A DNA stretch of 63,516 bases, counting the filler, from Diploschistes diacapsis (lineage: Eukaryota), in NCBI GenBank assembly GCA_023645945.1. It is 20 parts of 20 records of this genome, joined end to end, with 100 filler letters (N's around TTAATTAATTAA, not from the genome) between each part and the next. Parts side by side here need not be neighbours in the genome. Positions count along the whole stretch, not along the records: positions 2,629 to 22,640 come from JALAIB010000359.1; positions 22,741 to 23,954 come from JALAIB010003590.1; positions 24,055 to 25,267 come from JALAIB010003591.1; 17 more parts are not named here. One strand, written 5' to 3'. Each line of letters starts with the position of its first letter. The first letter of the stretch is position 1. A model generated the notes under the pieces. It saw only the letters and a list, made by a program, of their open reading frames with translations, made no database searches and was not told the origin of the DNA. Below, one piece after another: positions 12,422 through 25,367 of this stretch. A program made the position numbers and the translations under genes.

Positions 12422-13315
12422 CTACTGAGCTTTTGAGGAGACTATCTCTGTAAGAAAATGTCAGATTTCGGGTTCAAGCAGAGCAATAATGGGGGCATTA
12501 CTTTCAACATCAGCAACACTCTGTTGTAAAATCTGCTGAAGGACCCTCGGATTCTCGAGCTCCTTTGCCACTTTCGCCATAACCGTCTCTGCTAATTCCT
12601 GCTGCTCTCGTTGCTTCATCTGGCCTTCATAGCGAACCCAGGAGTCAAGTACCGCCTTCGCCTCATGCGCAAGGGCGGTACGCTGCTGCATTTCGAATGC
12701 TTGAGCCTCAAGTGTCGCCGTCTCCTGCGACCGGATCAGCTACGACAGGCTCTAGATTATGTTTCTTCCAGTTTACTAACCTTTGAGACCTCAAACAATT
12801 GCTTCGTGACATCTACAACGCTGCCCATTTGCTTGACGTTCTCAATGCGTGATTTAACAGCAGCCGTATGATCCTCTCTTGCAGCATTCAGAATGCCCTT
12901 CATCTTTGCAATTTGTCCTTCAGACCATTCCTTGTACATTGGACCACCGTATTTTCCCACTGCCCAAAATACGCTCAGCAAACAAAACGCAACAACGGCC
13001 TCATCATTGAGAACGAGGAACTCGTTGCTGATGCCCCATACTGACACACCTGCGCCAGCAGAGAGAATTGCGGTCTTGGAGATGAGGCTGTTTCCAGGAA
13101 GCGAGTCCAGAATTGATTGAGCCCTTGACTTGGGGTCCTCACTCGGAACGTTCGATGCCTGTCGTAAGGATAGAAGGGGTGCGACAATTGGTGAAATCAC
13201 GCGAGCGTTTACCGTTGGCCTAAAGTAAGCTAGGTCTAGAGACAGTGAGATAGAAACTCAACATGAGAATCAAGAACAACTTACTTTTCCCACTCTTTAT
13301 TAATCTTGAAGCCAT
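12422..13315 (-). CDS. ATP4: Mitochondrial F1Fo ATP synthase subunit b (subunit 4), multi-exon
   Basis: MASRLIKS start, DPKSRAQSILDSLPGNSLISKT, LFEVSK|ETATLEAQAFE, EAKAVLDSWVRYE, and a last exon ending IVSSKAQ*. Confidence 0.95.
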
Positions 13316-13614
13316 TTCAACAGACTCGTGAATAATTCTGGGATATCAAGTCGTGATTCTCTACATGAGACTTGGGATTGGGGAGTACGGATGTTCCTAA
13401 AAGTAGTCCGTACTGAATGCTTAGAAGCAGTGAGGTTGATTGGCTCGCTTAGGATTGTTGGAAAAGCGGGAAAACGTATCACGTGATCTGCAATCCGAAA
13501 ATACTTCGAGGGAAAGACAAAATAAGTTTCCAGACTTAGCACCTTACGCCACCTCTTGACGCGCTGAGTATGCTTGAGCCAATGGACTCCGCTTGATAAT
13601 AAGTTTTCAACAGC
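13316..13614. promoter_or_regulatory. Short bidirectional promoter between ATP4 and NOC4 with a central palindromic E-box (ATCACGTGAT; CACGTG at 13480-13485)
   Basis: Divergent start codons are ~300 bp apart, with a Cbf1-type bHLH motif in the middle. Confidence 0.5.
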
Positions 13615-15359
13615 ATGTCCATCAAGACCACTCGTCCCAAACGCCCTCGCGATACTGACGATGATGATATCGCTGTATCACAGACAGAAGCTAACAAAAG
13701 AAAAACACCACGCTTAAAACTACACACCAAAACTTCTATTTACAATATCCAGCGCGAGGATGGTACGCTGGAGTATCGGTCAATCTGCAATGAGGTTGAT
13801 CGTCTCCTAAAGATCCAGCGCGAAGCTGGAGAAGCGACTTTAGTACCATCCTCGGCAGCTATATCTCTATGCCGCATATTTTCCCAACTGCTCAACAACG
13901 CAAAGATCCAATATACTGCAGATGCAAGTGGAGAGGAAATTCTAATCATAAGGTGGCTCCATGAAAGATTTAGAGATTTCTGCGATTTGTTGTTGGCCTG
14001 GGTGTGCTTGGGCAGCATCGAAAGATGCAAATTAGCGCTAAACCTGTTAATACAGCTTGCTAGAGATGAGGTAAATGCTACAACATCTGATAGGCACTCC
14101 CGCTGGCTTGATGGACTCTACGTGAAGCTATTGGAAGCCGTTTTAGGAGTGAGAGCGGAAGTTAAGCTGGTCATCACCTTTACAACCGATTTTGTTTTGC
14201 CACATGAAGACCTTTGGCTTCAATCTCTACGCATCTTGAAGTAGGACCCGCGAATGTGAATCGCGCTATGCGGCTAACGGGCGTGCAGCAAGCTCCTTGT
14301 TAATGGGAAGCCCCTTGTGGAAAATGTTATCGAGATGTTGAGTCTCTTCAACTATGATAAACTTCTCAACCGAACGTCCAAGCAGCCATCTTCTGAACCA
14401 ATAACAGCACGTCGTGGTTCGACTGGGATGAAACCGCTTAGGAGGGAAGTCGAGCAAGCATGGAAATCCGTGCTTGGAAGAGATCTCAATAAAGGACAGC
14501 GTAAACGTGTGCTTGCGCTCGTGTCACAGTGTATAACCCCCTGGTTTACACAACCAGAGTTATTGATGGATTTTCTATCGAATTGTTTCGGGGAGGGCCG
14601 CTCCATATCCCACATGGCTTTGGAAGGAATTTTTTTTCTGATGCAGAAGGGAAACCTGGACTATCCTCGATTCTTTCCCAAGGTTTATTCTCTGCTAGAC
14701 CGCAATTGCCTTCATTCGAGACACCGAGCCCATACACTTCGGCTCATTAGCACTTTTCTAGCATCCACTCACCTTCCAGCCGTTCTGGTTGCCAGTTTCA
14801 TCAAAAGGCTCTCACGCCTCTGTCTTCATGCACCTCCCCAGGGTACAATTGCAATAGTGCCATGGATCTATAATCTTCTGAAGGACCACCCGGCCTGTAC
14901 GTTAATGATCCACAATCAAGCCTCGGTGTTCAGATCACTGTCAGTTACGCAGTCTTGTAATCGAGACCCCTTCGATTTCGAAGAAGAGGACCCTATGATA
15001 ACGAATGCTTCGCAGAGTAGTTTGTGGGAAATCGAGACACTACAAAGTCACTTTCACCCGCAAGTTGCTATTATTTCGAAGTTGATATCTGACCAATTCA
15101 CTAAACAATCTTATCGGCTCGACGATTTTATGGAGCATAATTTTGATGAGGTAAGCTCTCCCAGCTCTACGCCCAAGCTGCCCGTTAAATTGTCTAGATG
15201 ATAGAGGTAGAGTTGTCAAAGAAACTCAAACGATTGCCCGTTGTTGAATACGAGATCCCGAAGACGATTCTCGCCCAAGATCAGGTTAGTGGACCAGGCA
15301 CTGCTGTGCGAATAGTATCACTCTGGATCCACGATAACTCGGATCACACGCATCATTAG
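13615..15359 (+). CDS. NOC4: Nucleolar complex protein 4 (CBF/Mak21 family), 3 exons
   Basis: PELLMDFL, NLDYPRFFPKVYSLLD, FLASTHLPAVLVASFIKRLSRL, PWIYNLLKDHPAC and SSLWEIETLQSHFHP. The last exon (..LPVVEYEIPK..) ends at TAG 15357-15359. Confidence 0.93.
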
Positions 15360-17289
15360 TTAACAGAACATGCTTCACTTGTCAGTGGCATCTAAAGCAG
15401 CATGAGTGTTGCATTGTAGTAGCGCCGCAAAAGTACTATGCACTTCAAACAAGAGTTGTATAACGGTAACGTCCAAGGATGGGAAAATGGAGCCAGGGCT
15501 GCAAGCTGAGCTTTTGAGCCTACACCAAAAGGTGTGCAATCGCAAATTAATTAAAACCTGATTTGTGAGCTTCTAAATACAAATTTTTTTATCGAATTAA
15601 ATCTTTACCATCTACAATAATCAAAAGATTAAGATAAAGAAAGGGTCTTTAAAAAATTCAAATAAAGAATAATACAAGTTGCGCTACGTTTTCTCACTAT
15701 AAGATAAACATAATAAAGTTTTTTATTTCGATTTTATGTTGATAGCTGAAGCTCAAACACATTGCATGGTCTTGGATTAATCTGCGATGGGATAAACATG
15801 GCTTGGAGTTGAAGCCCAGATGATTGCTGACTATAGAGTAACAATCTGTCAACCTGGACGACTCGATACATAGCTCGCGTGGGCTACTACAGAGAAACTT
15901 GAGCATTGTCAAGCAGGGCATCCAGCAAGAAATAGGGAATGTGAAGCCGGAAAGACCCTAGAGGCCGATTAAGGGAAACACAATCAAGTTAATCCGGTGC
16001 ACCTTCGCCAATCATGTAGAAATCCCACATTGTGCACGATCTAGAATAACATTAGGAGTGGCGCTTATGTCTGGCATGAAGAAGCCTGTGGGCTGACGCG
16101 TTGTTAAGCTTGACTGATAAGTGACTGTGTGTCAACGCTGTATACCCCGCGTTTGCACTTCCGTTTCACCGTGCGGGCAATGACGGGACCAAGATGGGAA
16201 TCTATATTTGCTGGCGGATGCGAGTAGAAAAAAGCCCGATAAGTGGGACAGCGCGCGAGGTGCAGCCAGGGTCGAGATTGTCGCAACAATGTAGATGAAG
16301 GTGTATATCAGACAAGGATATACCCCTGGCCGTTATCAACGTCGTGGGTGTGCTTGTTTGAGCGGGTATTCCCTTGAGTCTTATTGATAGAGCTGTTGAC
16401 GACCTCTTTCGGCGCTAGGGGCTACAGGGCTGCTCGATAATAATAACGGTTCCATTTTCATCGAGCCCCGAATACTTTACCCGAATATTCCCGAGTCCTA
16501 ATGCAGGTTTGGATTGGAGGGTGTTGCGCTCCATTATTGCTTATCCAACACTATCAGAGATCTCTATAAGCTCGGGCAGGAATGAGTGAGAGCCTCATTC
16601 CTGCCTTGCTGTGTTGTGTGGGTTATTGATGGGAACGAGCTGGAGAGCATTACAACAAATGTTTTTATCGAGCGCATTTCTTAACGATCATGCCTTTAGC
16701 TGAGAATTCCATCAGTACAACAAGTGGACGGAGAGGCCGCCGAAGTCCCGCTAATTTGGGCCAAGTGCCAAGTGCCAAGAGCCGCTGCCGGATACAGATT
16801 GCGGATACGGGATGCAGATGGCTCGTGGAAGTGGAAGTGGGTCCGTCGACCTTCGCCCAAGTAACAACCAGTAACAACTTGTTCAAGCTTCAACTGGGCC
16901 TGCGACTAAGCAACCTTTCCTCTACTAGTCCTAGTTCACGTCTAAATTGCATGAAATGGAACTTGCGCCAGTTACTCCGCGTAAAGTAAAATCTTGGAGG
17001 ACTCCCAGGTCTTGTAACGCTTTTCGCCTGACGAGCCTTCTCATTGGCAAGCCCACTACATGTTCTTATTGACCGCCATTCACGCGCATGACTCTTCGCT
17101 GCGTAATCAGTTACAGAGGACACAGAAGGATACAAGGCATTCAAGCCCCATCAGATATGATGGAACTTGCTCTCCCCCTCAGGGCTGTGTGCCGTTTGTT
17201 AAAGTGCAGATGCTTGTTGGCCCCGCAACTTTGACTTACTCGTTGGGCCCCCCAGGCAGGGTGAGCTTGTCTTATCTTGTCTTGTCTTA

Positions 17290-17498
17290 TAGTCACGTTC
17301 CAAGAGTAGTGAGCCCTGGACCAAAACACACCCAAAATTTGCATAAAATTTGCATATCTCACTCGTTAAAAATTTTGGGAAGTCGAAAGATTTAAAAGGA
17401 ACTTTTAAAATTTTAACTGGTGTTATGGGCAACTTTATGAAATGGGTGTACTTTGGGTGTAATTTGGGGGAGGGGCTTACTACTTTAACCTAGTATTT
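17290..17498. mobile_element. Degenerate ~210-bp Tc1/mariner-type MITE
   Basis: Both ends are homologous to the termini of the MITE at 60467-60896 and 63267-63516, and it follows a TA. Confidence 0.7.
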
Positions 17499-18817
17499 AT
17501 TGTATATGATGGCAGTCCTGTCGCGGAGTTTGATAGGAGCCGGAGGGTCGTTGACTGTAGGTGCCGACTCCGACTCCGGGCGGTCAAGGGAATTTGATTG
17601 GGAGGAGCATTCAACGCTCTACCTAGCAATGCGGTATCGGCCTCTATTCGAACCCTGAACCCCCACTTCCTGTCACCATACAACGTATACTAATAACAAT
17701 AATAACAATAACAATAATCACTGCAACCCCACCTTTGTGGTACCCCCTGCAGACGCCATATCCGTCAGAAGATTTTGTTGGGAGATTGACAACCTCCACG
17801 AACGCGTGTGCGAATTCTACAAGATTGTCTTGTCCATTGTCAAGAAGATTAAGATAACGACCAAAAGCACCTTCACTTGCGTGTGCGGATACACTTAGGC
17901 AACTTTGGCAGCTCGTGCATGATGGAAAACCTTGACCGGCCTCCACAAGCAAGGAAAGGGTCCAGTTGAGCTCGACTTGACAAGCACATGTTGCCAATAT
18001 CGAACCGCCGCAGGGAAAGCGTTTGGCAGGGAACTGTCTTGAAGCCCCAGGAGATAGGCCCACGATTGGTGTTTCGACCTTATCGAAAAGACAGCCGTGG
18101 GTGCACAATGGATTTCCTCGACTCAGCAACTGCATCCGTGTACACGAGCCACGGCCGGTATTAGAAAGGTTGCATCGACTGGGATTCGGAAAAGGTGGGT
18201 GTGGTGGGATGTGGTTGAGTTAGCATCTCTGCACACTGAACCCCTCTCTATTCTTGGCTGTTTTGATAAGTTATCATATTCCACCTAAGCAAGAGTTGAA
18301 TTGAGAAAGACGCTTTCAGAGCGATAGGGACTGCAACCGAGCGGCGATCAGGAAGAGGTTTCTTATATTCCTGCCTCGATTGTCTGCACGCTCTGTTGCT
18401 TTGATACTAATGCAGGATGACCATTTGTGTGCGGGCTTTGGTGTGGAGTGTGATATCGTCTTCATTACTAAGTAATCATAGAGTTCTCTGTGACGGAATG
18501 GATATTATATCACGTCTCAAACGAAGGAAGGGTGGCGGCCACTATCAGAGTTTTGTACGGGTAGCTTTTACCACCACACACCACACAGTGTTAGTGAATT
18601 GCTAGGGCAAGAATTAAAATAACTCTCGGATGGACCGGGTTGAAAAGTTAAAAAAACACCCATCCACATTTCCCTCCTAGCGCCGAGTAAAGTATTATTG
18701 CTATCAGTCGAACCTAAGTCCTAAAGGTGCTCTCTAATCACTGCTCCACATCCTAATACTACCCCCATACTCCTAGACTTTTCTTCCTCTTCACAACCTC
18801 ATCCACTCGGCCTCTTA

Positions 18818-18866
18818 CCTCCTCCTGCTCCTCCTCCTCCTCCCCTTCCTCCTCCTCCTCCTCCTC
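18818..18866 (+). repeat. (CCT)n pyrimidine microsatellite upstream of the GAC1-like gene
   Basis: Visible imperfect CCT tandem run. Confidence 0.8.
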
Positions 18867-19426
18867 TTTGTCTTCTTTGTCGCTCCGGGACAGCATCCAG
18901 CTGCACCTATTCCCGGGCAATCGAGTTACACCGCCCCCGCTAATACTGACGCAGAGAGAGGCAAGTCACATTATCCCATCGGCTGAGAGGCTCCTTCACG
19001 GCCACCACGACGAGTTGATACAGAATATCATAGTCGAATAGCTTGAATCTAGAAGTTCTTGTGGGGTAGTTCTCGCTTCTAGATACTCAGATTCATAATT
19101 GTCGAGAAAAGCTGGGCTTTTCTTTATTTTCCTTTCTGGCTGTTCTTATATCAACAACCGTGCTTCGCCCACCAACACTTGGACGCACCAGAGTGAGTGT
19201 TCAGCCACGATCCTCTTGCATAACATCACGCAAATGCTCTCCAATCAGTCAATACTCGCTTGGTGTTCAGTCTTGGCTAACAAAGTTGTCTTCTAAAGAC
19301 ATTCGAGTAACCGAGAATCTGTGGGGCCAATCATCCAATGAAAGCCAACGCCTGATTCTCTTTGTGCGTCCCCTGGTTTTTTTAGATTTCACTAGGCCCT
19401 CCACCTGCCTCTTCGAAGTCGGACAC

Positions 19427-21704
19427 ATGCCTTACACGCCTCCATCGCAGCGATCACCTGCTGCCTCGAACCGTCAAAGCCCAGCAATCTCCCGGAGCAG
19501 CTCATACGTCGGACCTCAGCACAATGGCCTATCCAAGCCTCTTACCTCAGCACCTCGACCTGGACTACCGAGATCCAATTCTTCAACATCCTACCTTAAC
19601 CGAGAACGAAGGAGTCCATCCCTGCAGCAAAACCTCACTCCTGATGACACACCAGCTGCCACGCCGGTAATGGAGGAAACGCAAGAGCACAAGGGAATCA
19701 GTCCAACCGGCAGTTTCAGACAATCAACACCACCAATCAACGACCGCGCGGTTCCAACGGGTGCGGCCATCTCGCCTCCCGATTCCGCTCAGGACTCGAG
19801 CGACGATGATGAACCTGAAAGGGGAAGGGCTCGGGAGCTAGAGAACCTGAGGGAGCTGAAAGATGCTGTTGGTGCTATCGAAATGCATCGGCAGGGCTCG
19901 CCCGAGACGGATCTTGACAAAAACGGGAAACCGAGACTGGCTTTGGATCTTTCCATGGCCTCTCCTCCTTCCAAGGCTCTGGGCTTGAAATTGTCTCCAC
20001 TTTCTAGAGAGGCACGCAAGATTTCGCACTCGCGGTCAAATACCGAGCCAGCTGTCATGGATTTCGCCCGGCAATCCAGCGAATCGCCGTCATCCGAGAG
20101 CGATGTCGAAGAGATGGGATCAAAAAAACCGCCCATGCTTCGCAAGAAGTCGGGGGAGCTTGTGAGACCTGCTTTACGAGCTTCATCGGCCAGAAGACGA
20201 CCTTCCAGTATGCCAGGTACTCCAACGTACTCGAAAGCTGTGCATTTTGATAACAACCTGGAGCATGTTCGCCACTTTCTGCAAGTTGACCGCCCTCTTG
20301 CCGTCAGCGCTACTTCCTCTCCGGCTGATCTGCATGATGGCGAGACGGAATTTCCTTTTCATCATGACCAAGGTCGCTTCATTGAACCTCCATGGCAATG
20401 GGAAATCCGAACGCCCAACTTCCCGCATGATAGTGTTGACAGGGCGCACATGCCGGTCAGAGTGGAGAAGGTTTTTCTGTCCTCCGACAACAAGACCTTG
20501 ATCGGCACGGTAGCAGTGCACAATCTTGCCTTCCACAAGTCGGTCGTGGCGCGATTCACCCTTGATTTCTGGAAGACAACTTCTGAAGTTTCGGCCGAGT
20601 ACAGCCATGATGTTCGACACAAGCAGGTTGATGATATTCATGATAGATTCGCCTTTGGCATAAAGCTGGAGGACCAGACAAACCTTGAGAAGAAGAGCCT
20701 CTTCTTCTGTGTTCGCTACAGTGTCAATGGTCAGGAGTTTTGGGATAGCAACTCGGGCATGAACTACCAGGTCGACTTCTCCAAAAAAGCCGTGCCTCAA
20801 AGGGGCAAGTCGGGAACCCCCGGTAATGCTTCGAAGCCGCTCAGTTCTTCGCAACGAAGCAGGCCGAACTTGCCACTGTCCTCAGCTCGGCCACGTCCGG
20901 TTTCGGTCCCGACTTTTGATGATTTCGCACACGGTTTCGACGCCCCGTTCGCACTGAAATCACCCCCGACTGCAGAATCTCTTGTTGGAGAGAAGCCGAT
21001 CAAGTTTCGTAACAAGAGTGCCGATACGGCCGCCCCCGATGCTCCTGGCCTGCGGACGAAGAACCAAGGTCAGGCGTTCGGTACCCGCTACGACTTTGGC
21101 GCGTCCCTCTCTGCTACTAAGCAGGGCCTCGACAGTCCCCCATTAAGCAGTCCGAGCCCATTCCCCCACTCCAATGCGTCGGCAAGCCTCGGAGAATCTA
21201 CGCAAGCCACACAGCGATCGAACGCCGAGACTGGCGTGCAGAAGCCCGCGGCTCTGTCAGAGAAGCCATCCCTGCAGTCTCAGTCTTACAACGATTTGAT
21301 AAACAAATACTGCTTTGTACGTTCTGCCAAGAGGACCGCAGACGGTGTGGAGGAAACTTGAACGCTAACTTTCGATACAGTTTGGATCTGCAAAATCTTC
21401 ACCTCCTGCCACGGCTCGACCTGAGAACGGTCAAGTCGATGGTGTTGGAGAAAAGCTGTTCGGCACAAGTTCTGACTCTGGCTCTCCTCAAATCTCTTCG
21501 GCTAATCCCGAGTGTGCCGACAACGCTAGGGAATACAAGTCTGCTAATAGCAGTCTTCGAATTTCTGGTGCAGCTTCTCCTACTTTCGGATCTGCCATGG
21601 AGTCTCGGACCGACCCGCCTGTATCATTCGGTTATCCTTATCGTCGGTCGATGCACAGTGGCTTTTTGGAGGAAAGTCATGCACCTACCGCGATTCATGG
21701 GTAG
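19427..21704 (+). CDS. GAC1: Glycogen-targeting protein phosphatase 1 regulatory subunit with CBM21 domain (intron 21317-21380)
   Basis: MPYTPP start, LRKKSGELVRPAL, RVxF-type KAVHF motif, CBM21 domain (VAVHNLAFHKSVVARFTLDFWKTTSEV...EFWDSNSGMNYQV) and YNDLINKYCF|FGS across the intron. Confidence 0.9.
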
Positions 21705-22940
21705 ATGTCCTCGTGAATCTCATATCTTTACGCCACACCACTTTCACCTTGAAGCCACAGCAACAAGGTCTGGCCTATTCTTAATTTTGAGGAGTGCCGA
21801 GTCACATGTTCCCCAAGCTCTTCCACTCTGTCCTCTCAGCTTCTTTTGTCTGAGACATCGAGGATATTGTATTTTGAGCGTCCCACTTCACGAGCGCCGG
21901 CGTTATTTAAAGGTCTGGCTTTTGCATACAACGGATGTTATCTCATGGCTTGGTTGTGGGCGTCACAACTGCGAGTTTACCTTGGGAGAGAGGCATTTTG
22001 GTATTTCCATCCTGGATTCCACTATTGCCATGCCGAGGTTGTTGTCGCAGACCACGAGCCACGCGCTAAGGGGCATGAGCTTACGGCCACAAACACGGTT
22101 TCCTTCTCTGCACTTTGTACCTCGTCATTGCTTAGGTTTGGGGTTGCAGCCAAGGTCCGATTTGGCTTGTGTGAAGCCGTAAAAAGTTTGGTTGGCTGTT
22201 TTGGTTGTTGTTGGGCTTTTAGAGGAATTGTCGTGACCTGTTCACACGCCGTTTCTACCTGTCTTGGCTTGCTTGGAATGGCACCCTACTGGCGGACTGC
22301 ACATAGGGGGAGGGAACGATGGAACGGCTAGACTGGCGGATACAAAGCGGGACTCGAGGAGGGAAAAATTGAGGGAGAGGAAAGGAAACGATGGAGCTAT
22401 GGAGCTAGAGATGAAGTTATCTCAATACATCTGTTTTTTTGAGTGTCGCCTTGCACCGTGCTTCGAGCGCTCGATGTTACTATCTTTCTGCACGCTTCCC
22501 TTGCTGTACTGGAGAATCCGTTCTCTTAAATTCCCTTCGAGACACTAACAGCCCCCTTATGCTTACCTCCCATCATCTTCTCCTGCTTCATCATTTTCCC
22601 CCCCCGCATTCTCCTTGCGCCGGTGGTATGCATCCCGCGCNNNNNNNNNNNNNNNNNNNNNNNNNNNNNNNNNNNNNNNNNNNNTTAATTAATTAANNNN
22701 NNNNNNNNNNNNNNNNNNNNNNNNNNNNNNNNNNNNNNNNGATCTAGCCTTTAGCGATCGCCCGGTTATATTTTTTAATATATTTATTCTAGAAAATATT
22801 CAAATATTATAATCTCTATCTTTATAACGTAGACACGAGATATTAATTAAAATAAGTTTAGTCTCTAGTAGAAAAGAAGTATAAAAAAAGAAGAAGAAGA
22901 TCGATAACAGGTTTATTTTAATTTTTAAAAAGATTATTAT

Positions 22941-23160
22941 TAGAACGCCCCTACAGGAATACTACACAACCAAGGGCTGAGCCTGATCTGGAAGGATCAC
23001 GTGTAGCTGCAATCTGTAGGCTGAATGGTTCAGATTCGAAAAGGTAAAGAAGAAGGAACTATCTAGGTAGGAGGAGGGCACAAATAAATAGTTTGGGTGC
23101 CAGCCCTACTGCCCTACCAGGGTTCAACCCTTGAACCTATAAACGTTCAGGATGTTCTAC
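22941..23160 (-). mobile_element. LTR related to family A (3' portion; far boundary approximate)
   Basis: Similar to the reverse complement of 810-933, with a near-identical copy at 60349-60466. Confidence 0.6.
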
Positions 23161-23751
23161 TATCCTCCTTTCCAAACTGTTGCTGTCCTTTAGCAACAAA
23201 ACAAAATAAAATAAAACAAAACAAAACCTTTATTCCCTCTTTCTTAGTTCGGATATCTGTTCCTCCTATATTTTATATTCTTTTCGGCCTAATTCAGTCC
23301 CTTTTCCCTCTATTGTCTTCAACCCGTACTACACGTAGACATGTGCCCGATTTTACTCCTCTCAAGTTTCGGCGTCGTAAATGGATGTTATTAAACCAAT
23401 AATACTGAAAACAGGCGACTCTTAAAACGAAAAGCAGTAGTAATAGCAGTAAACGTGGCAGCAGAAACCGCTTTCGAAAGATAGCGAAATAAAGGTTTGT
23501 TTGTTGATAAAATGAAGGTTCGAAGGATTATAGGATGTATTCAATTTGTATAGGATTCCCAGCTCTTTCATCGTAACTGATTAGATCGTAACCTCTGATT
23601 CGTCGATCAGTTGCTTATCGTAGATTCTTTTTAAAAGCTTTTCGTCGCTCTAGATAAATATGTCGTAGATCTATTATTACCAGGTTATTCGTTTAAGTAA
23701 TGTTTTATCGCGATAGATAAGACTAAATCTAGCACTTCAGCTATAATTATA

Positions 23752-23954
23752 ACGTGTTTGACGGGGAGTCCGGCCACCCCTAGAGTCCGGCCACCTTAAA
23801 TTACTGTTTTTATCTTATATTCGATTTTTCTTAATAATGACTATCTCGCATCGCAATAATTCGATTCTAATAGAATTTAATATCAACGACTGTTTATAGG
23901 CCCTAAATTATAATAATATACTAACATTCGAGAAATTATTTGCGTATTTAAAGT
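23752..23954 (-). mobile_element. pogo/Fot1-type transposon terminus
   Basis: TA|ACGTGTTTGACGGGGAGTCCGGCCACCCC with an internal direct repeat of GAGTCCGGCCACC; matches the termini at 2947 and 62044. Confidence 0.65.
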
Positions 23955-24335
23955 NNNNNNNNNNNNNNNNNNNNNNNNNNNNNNNNNNNNNNNNNNNNTT
24001 AATTAATTAANNNNNNNNNNNNNNNNNNNNNNNNNNNNNNNNNNNNNNNNNNNNGTTCGAAATAAATTAAATTATAAATTTAAACGATACTAACTGACCG
24101 AACGATGATTTAGTATTATAATAATTAAAAGAAATCTTCGATTCGCATACGAACAAATTTAAAAAAAATATATATCGAATTTTAATTATAAACGATTATA
24201 ATAGTTACGCAAGGTTTTTATATTTGCTTATTGAACCGCTTTAATCATCTTAAAGATAACATAATATACGTAATTGCTGAATATTCCTTTGAGCGACTCT
24301 GGATTGATTTCTGTTGAAAACTGCGAATAGAAGAG

Positions 24336-25267
24336 ATGGCAACGATACAGCAGGACGGAGGCGGAGGGGAGTCGCGTCGCGACGCGTCCCATCCTCGGCA
24401 GGACCGCGCAGGCGGGTCTGTAGGGAGCTCGAATATAAAAGACAGAATAATAGACGCAATGTAAGCAATCGGGATATACGTGAAAATAGAGCGGAACGAA
24501 AAATTAACGTAATTCTAGGTTATAATAACGGAAACGTTACGTAGTAACGACGCCGGCACCCCGGAATTTAACCGCGTTAAAAACGCGTCGAAATTGAAAA
24601 AAAGATTAAACAGGATCGAAGAAGGCATAAAAGCGATATAAAGAATTATAAAAAAATAAGAAAATAATCGTAGCGATATCGGAAATAAGAACTAAGTTTA
24701 AATAATAGATATCGCGCTTAAGAAAGAAAACAGAATAATAAAAATATTAAGAAGAACGGTCAAAAAAGTTATAATTCGGTTAAGAAAAGAAATATAAACG
24801 GGAAGATAACGGAATAAACCCGAGTTAATAACGGACGCAAAAAGGGTCGGATTAAAAAACATTATTATAATCCGACGGTTTTTTAGCGGGAACGTAAAAT
24901 TCGTGATAAATTAAAAAGAAATAAGAAACGAAACCGAAAATGTAAAAAAATAAATAACGATATTCGGAAAAGAGACGAAAACGATACGAAAAGAATTTAT
25001 AATAATAGCGTACGGGATTCGAATACGCTCCGTAAATATTACGAAATAAGATACGATGATTTAAATTATCAATAAAACGAACCCGAATCTAAAAAACATA
25101 ATACGTCGAATAATATAAAAAAAACGAATCCTTATAAACGGAAAAACGGTAAACCTTTGACTCGTTATAATCGAAACGCCGAAAATAATTAATAAATTAA
25201 TCGCGGAAAATTTCCTTTAGGACCACGAGATTCACGATTACGAATTATTTTATAAGAACTACCGAAT
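24336..25267 (+). mobile_element. RIP-degraded LINE (Tad1-like) ORF1 fragment
   Basis: Stop-riddled frame reads IRRFFSGNVKF...IIIAYGIRIRSVN...LVIIETPKIINKLIAENFL*DHEIHDYELF, typical of fungal LINE ORF1 just before the zinc knuckles. Confidence 0.7.
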
Positions 25268-25367
25268 NNNNNNNNNNNNNNNNNNNNNNNNNNNNNNNNN
25301 NNNNNNNNNNNTTAATTAATTAANNNNNNNNNNNNNNNNNNNNNNNNNNNNNNNNNNNNNNNNNNNN

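Noticed and set aside
19160..19426. 89-codon in-frame non-AUG extension of the GAC1-like ORF
   Set aside because: Contains a likely 5' UTR intron (GTGAGT ~19193, GCTAAC branch, AAG ~19298). The family-typical start is MPYTPP at 19427.
21358..22696. Several 85-274 aa ORFs downstream of GAC1
   Set aside because: They overlap the true last exon in another frame and the 3' UTR, and have no protein-like motifs.
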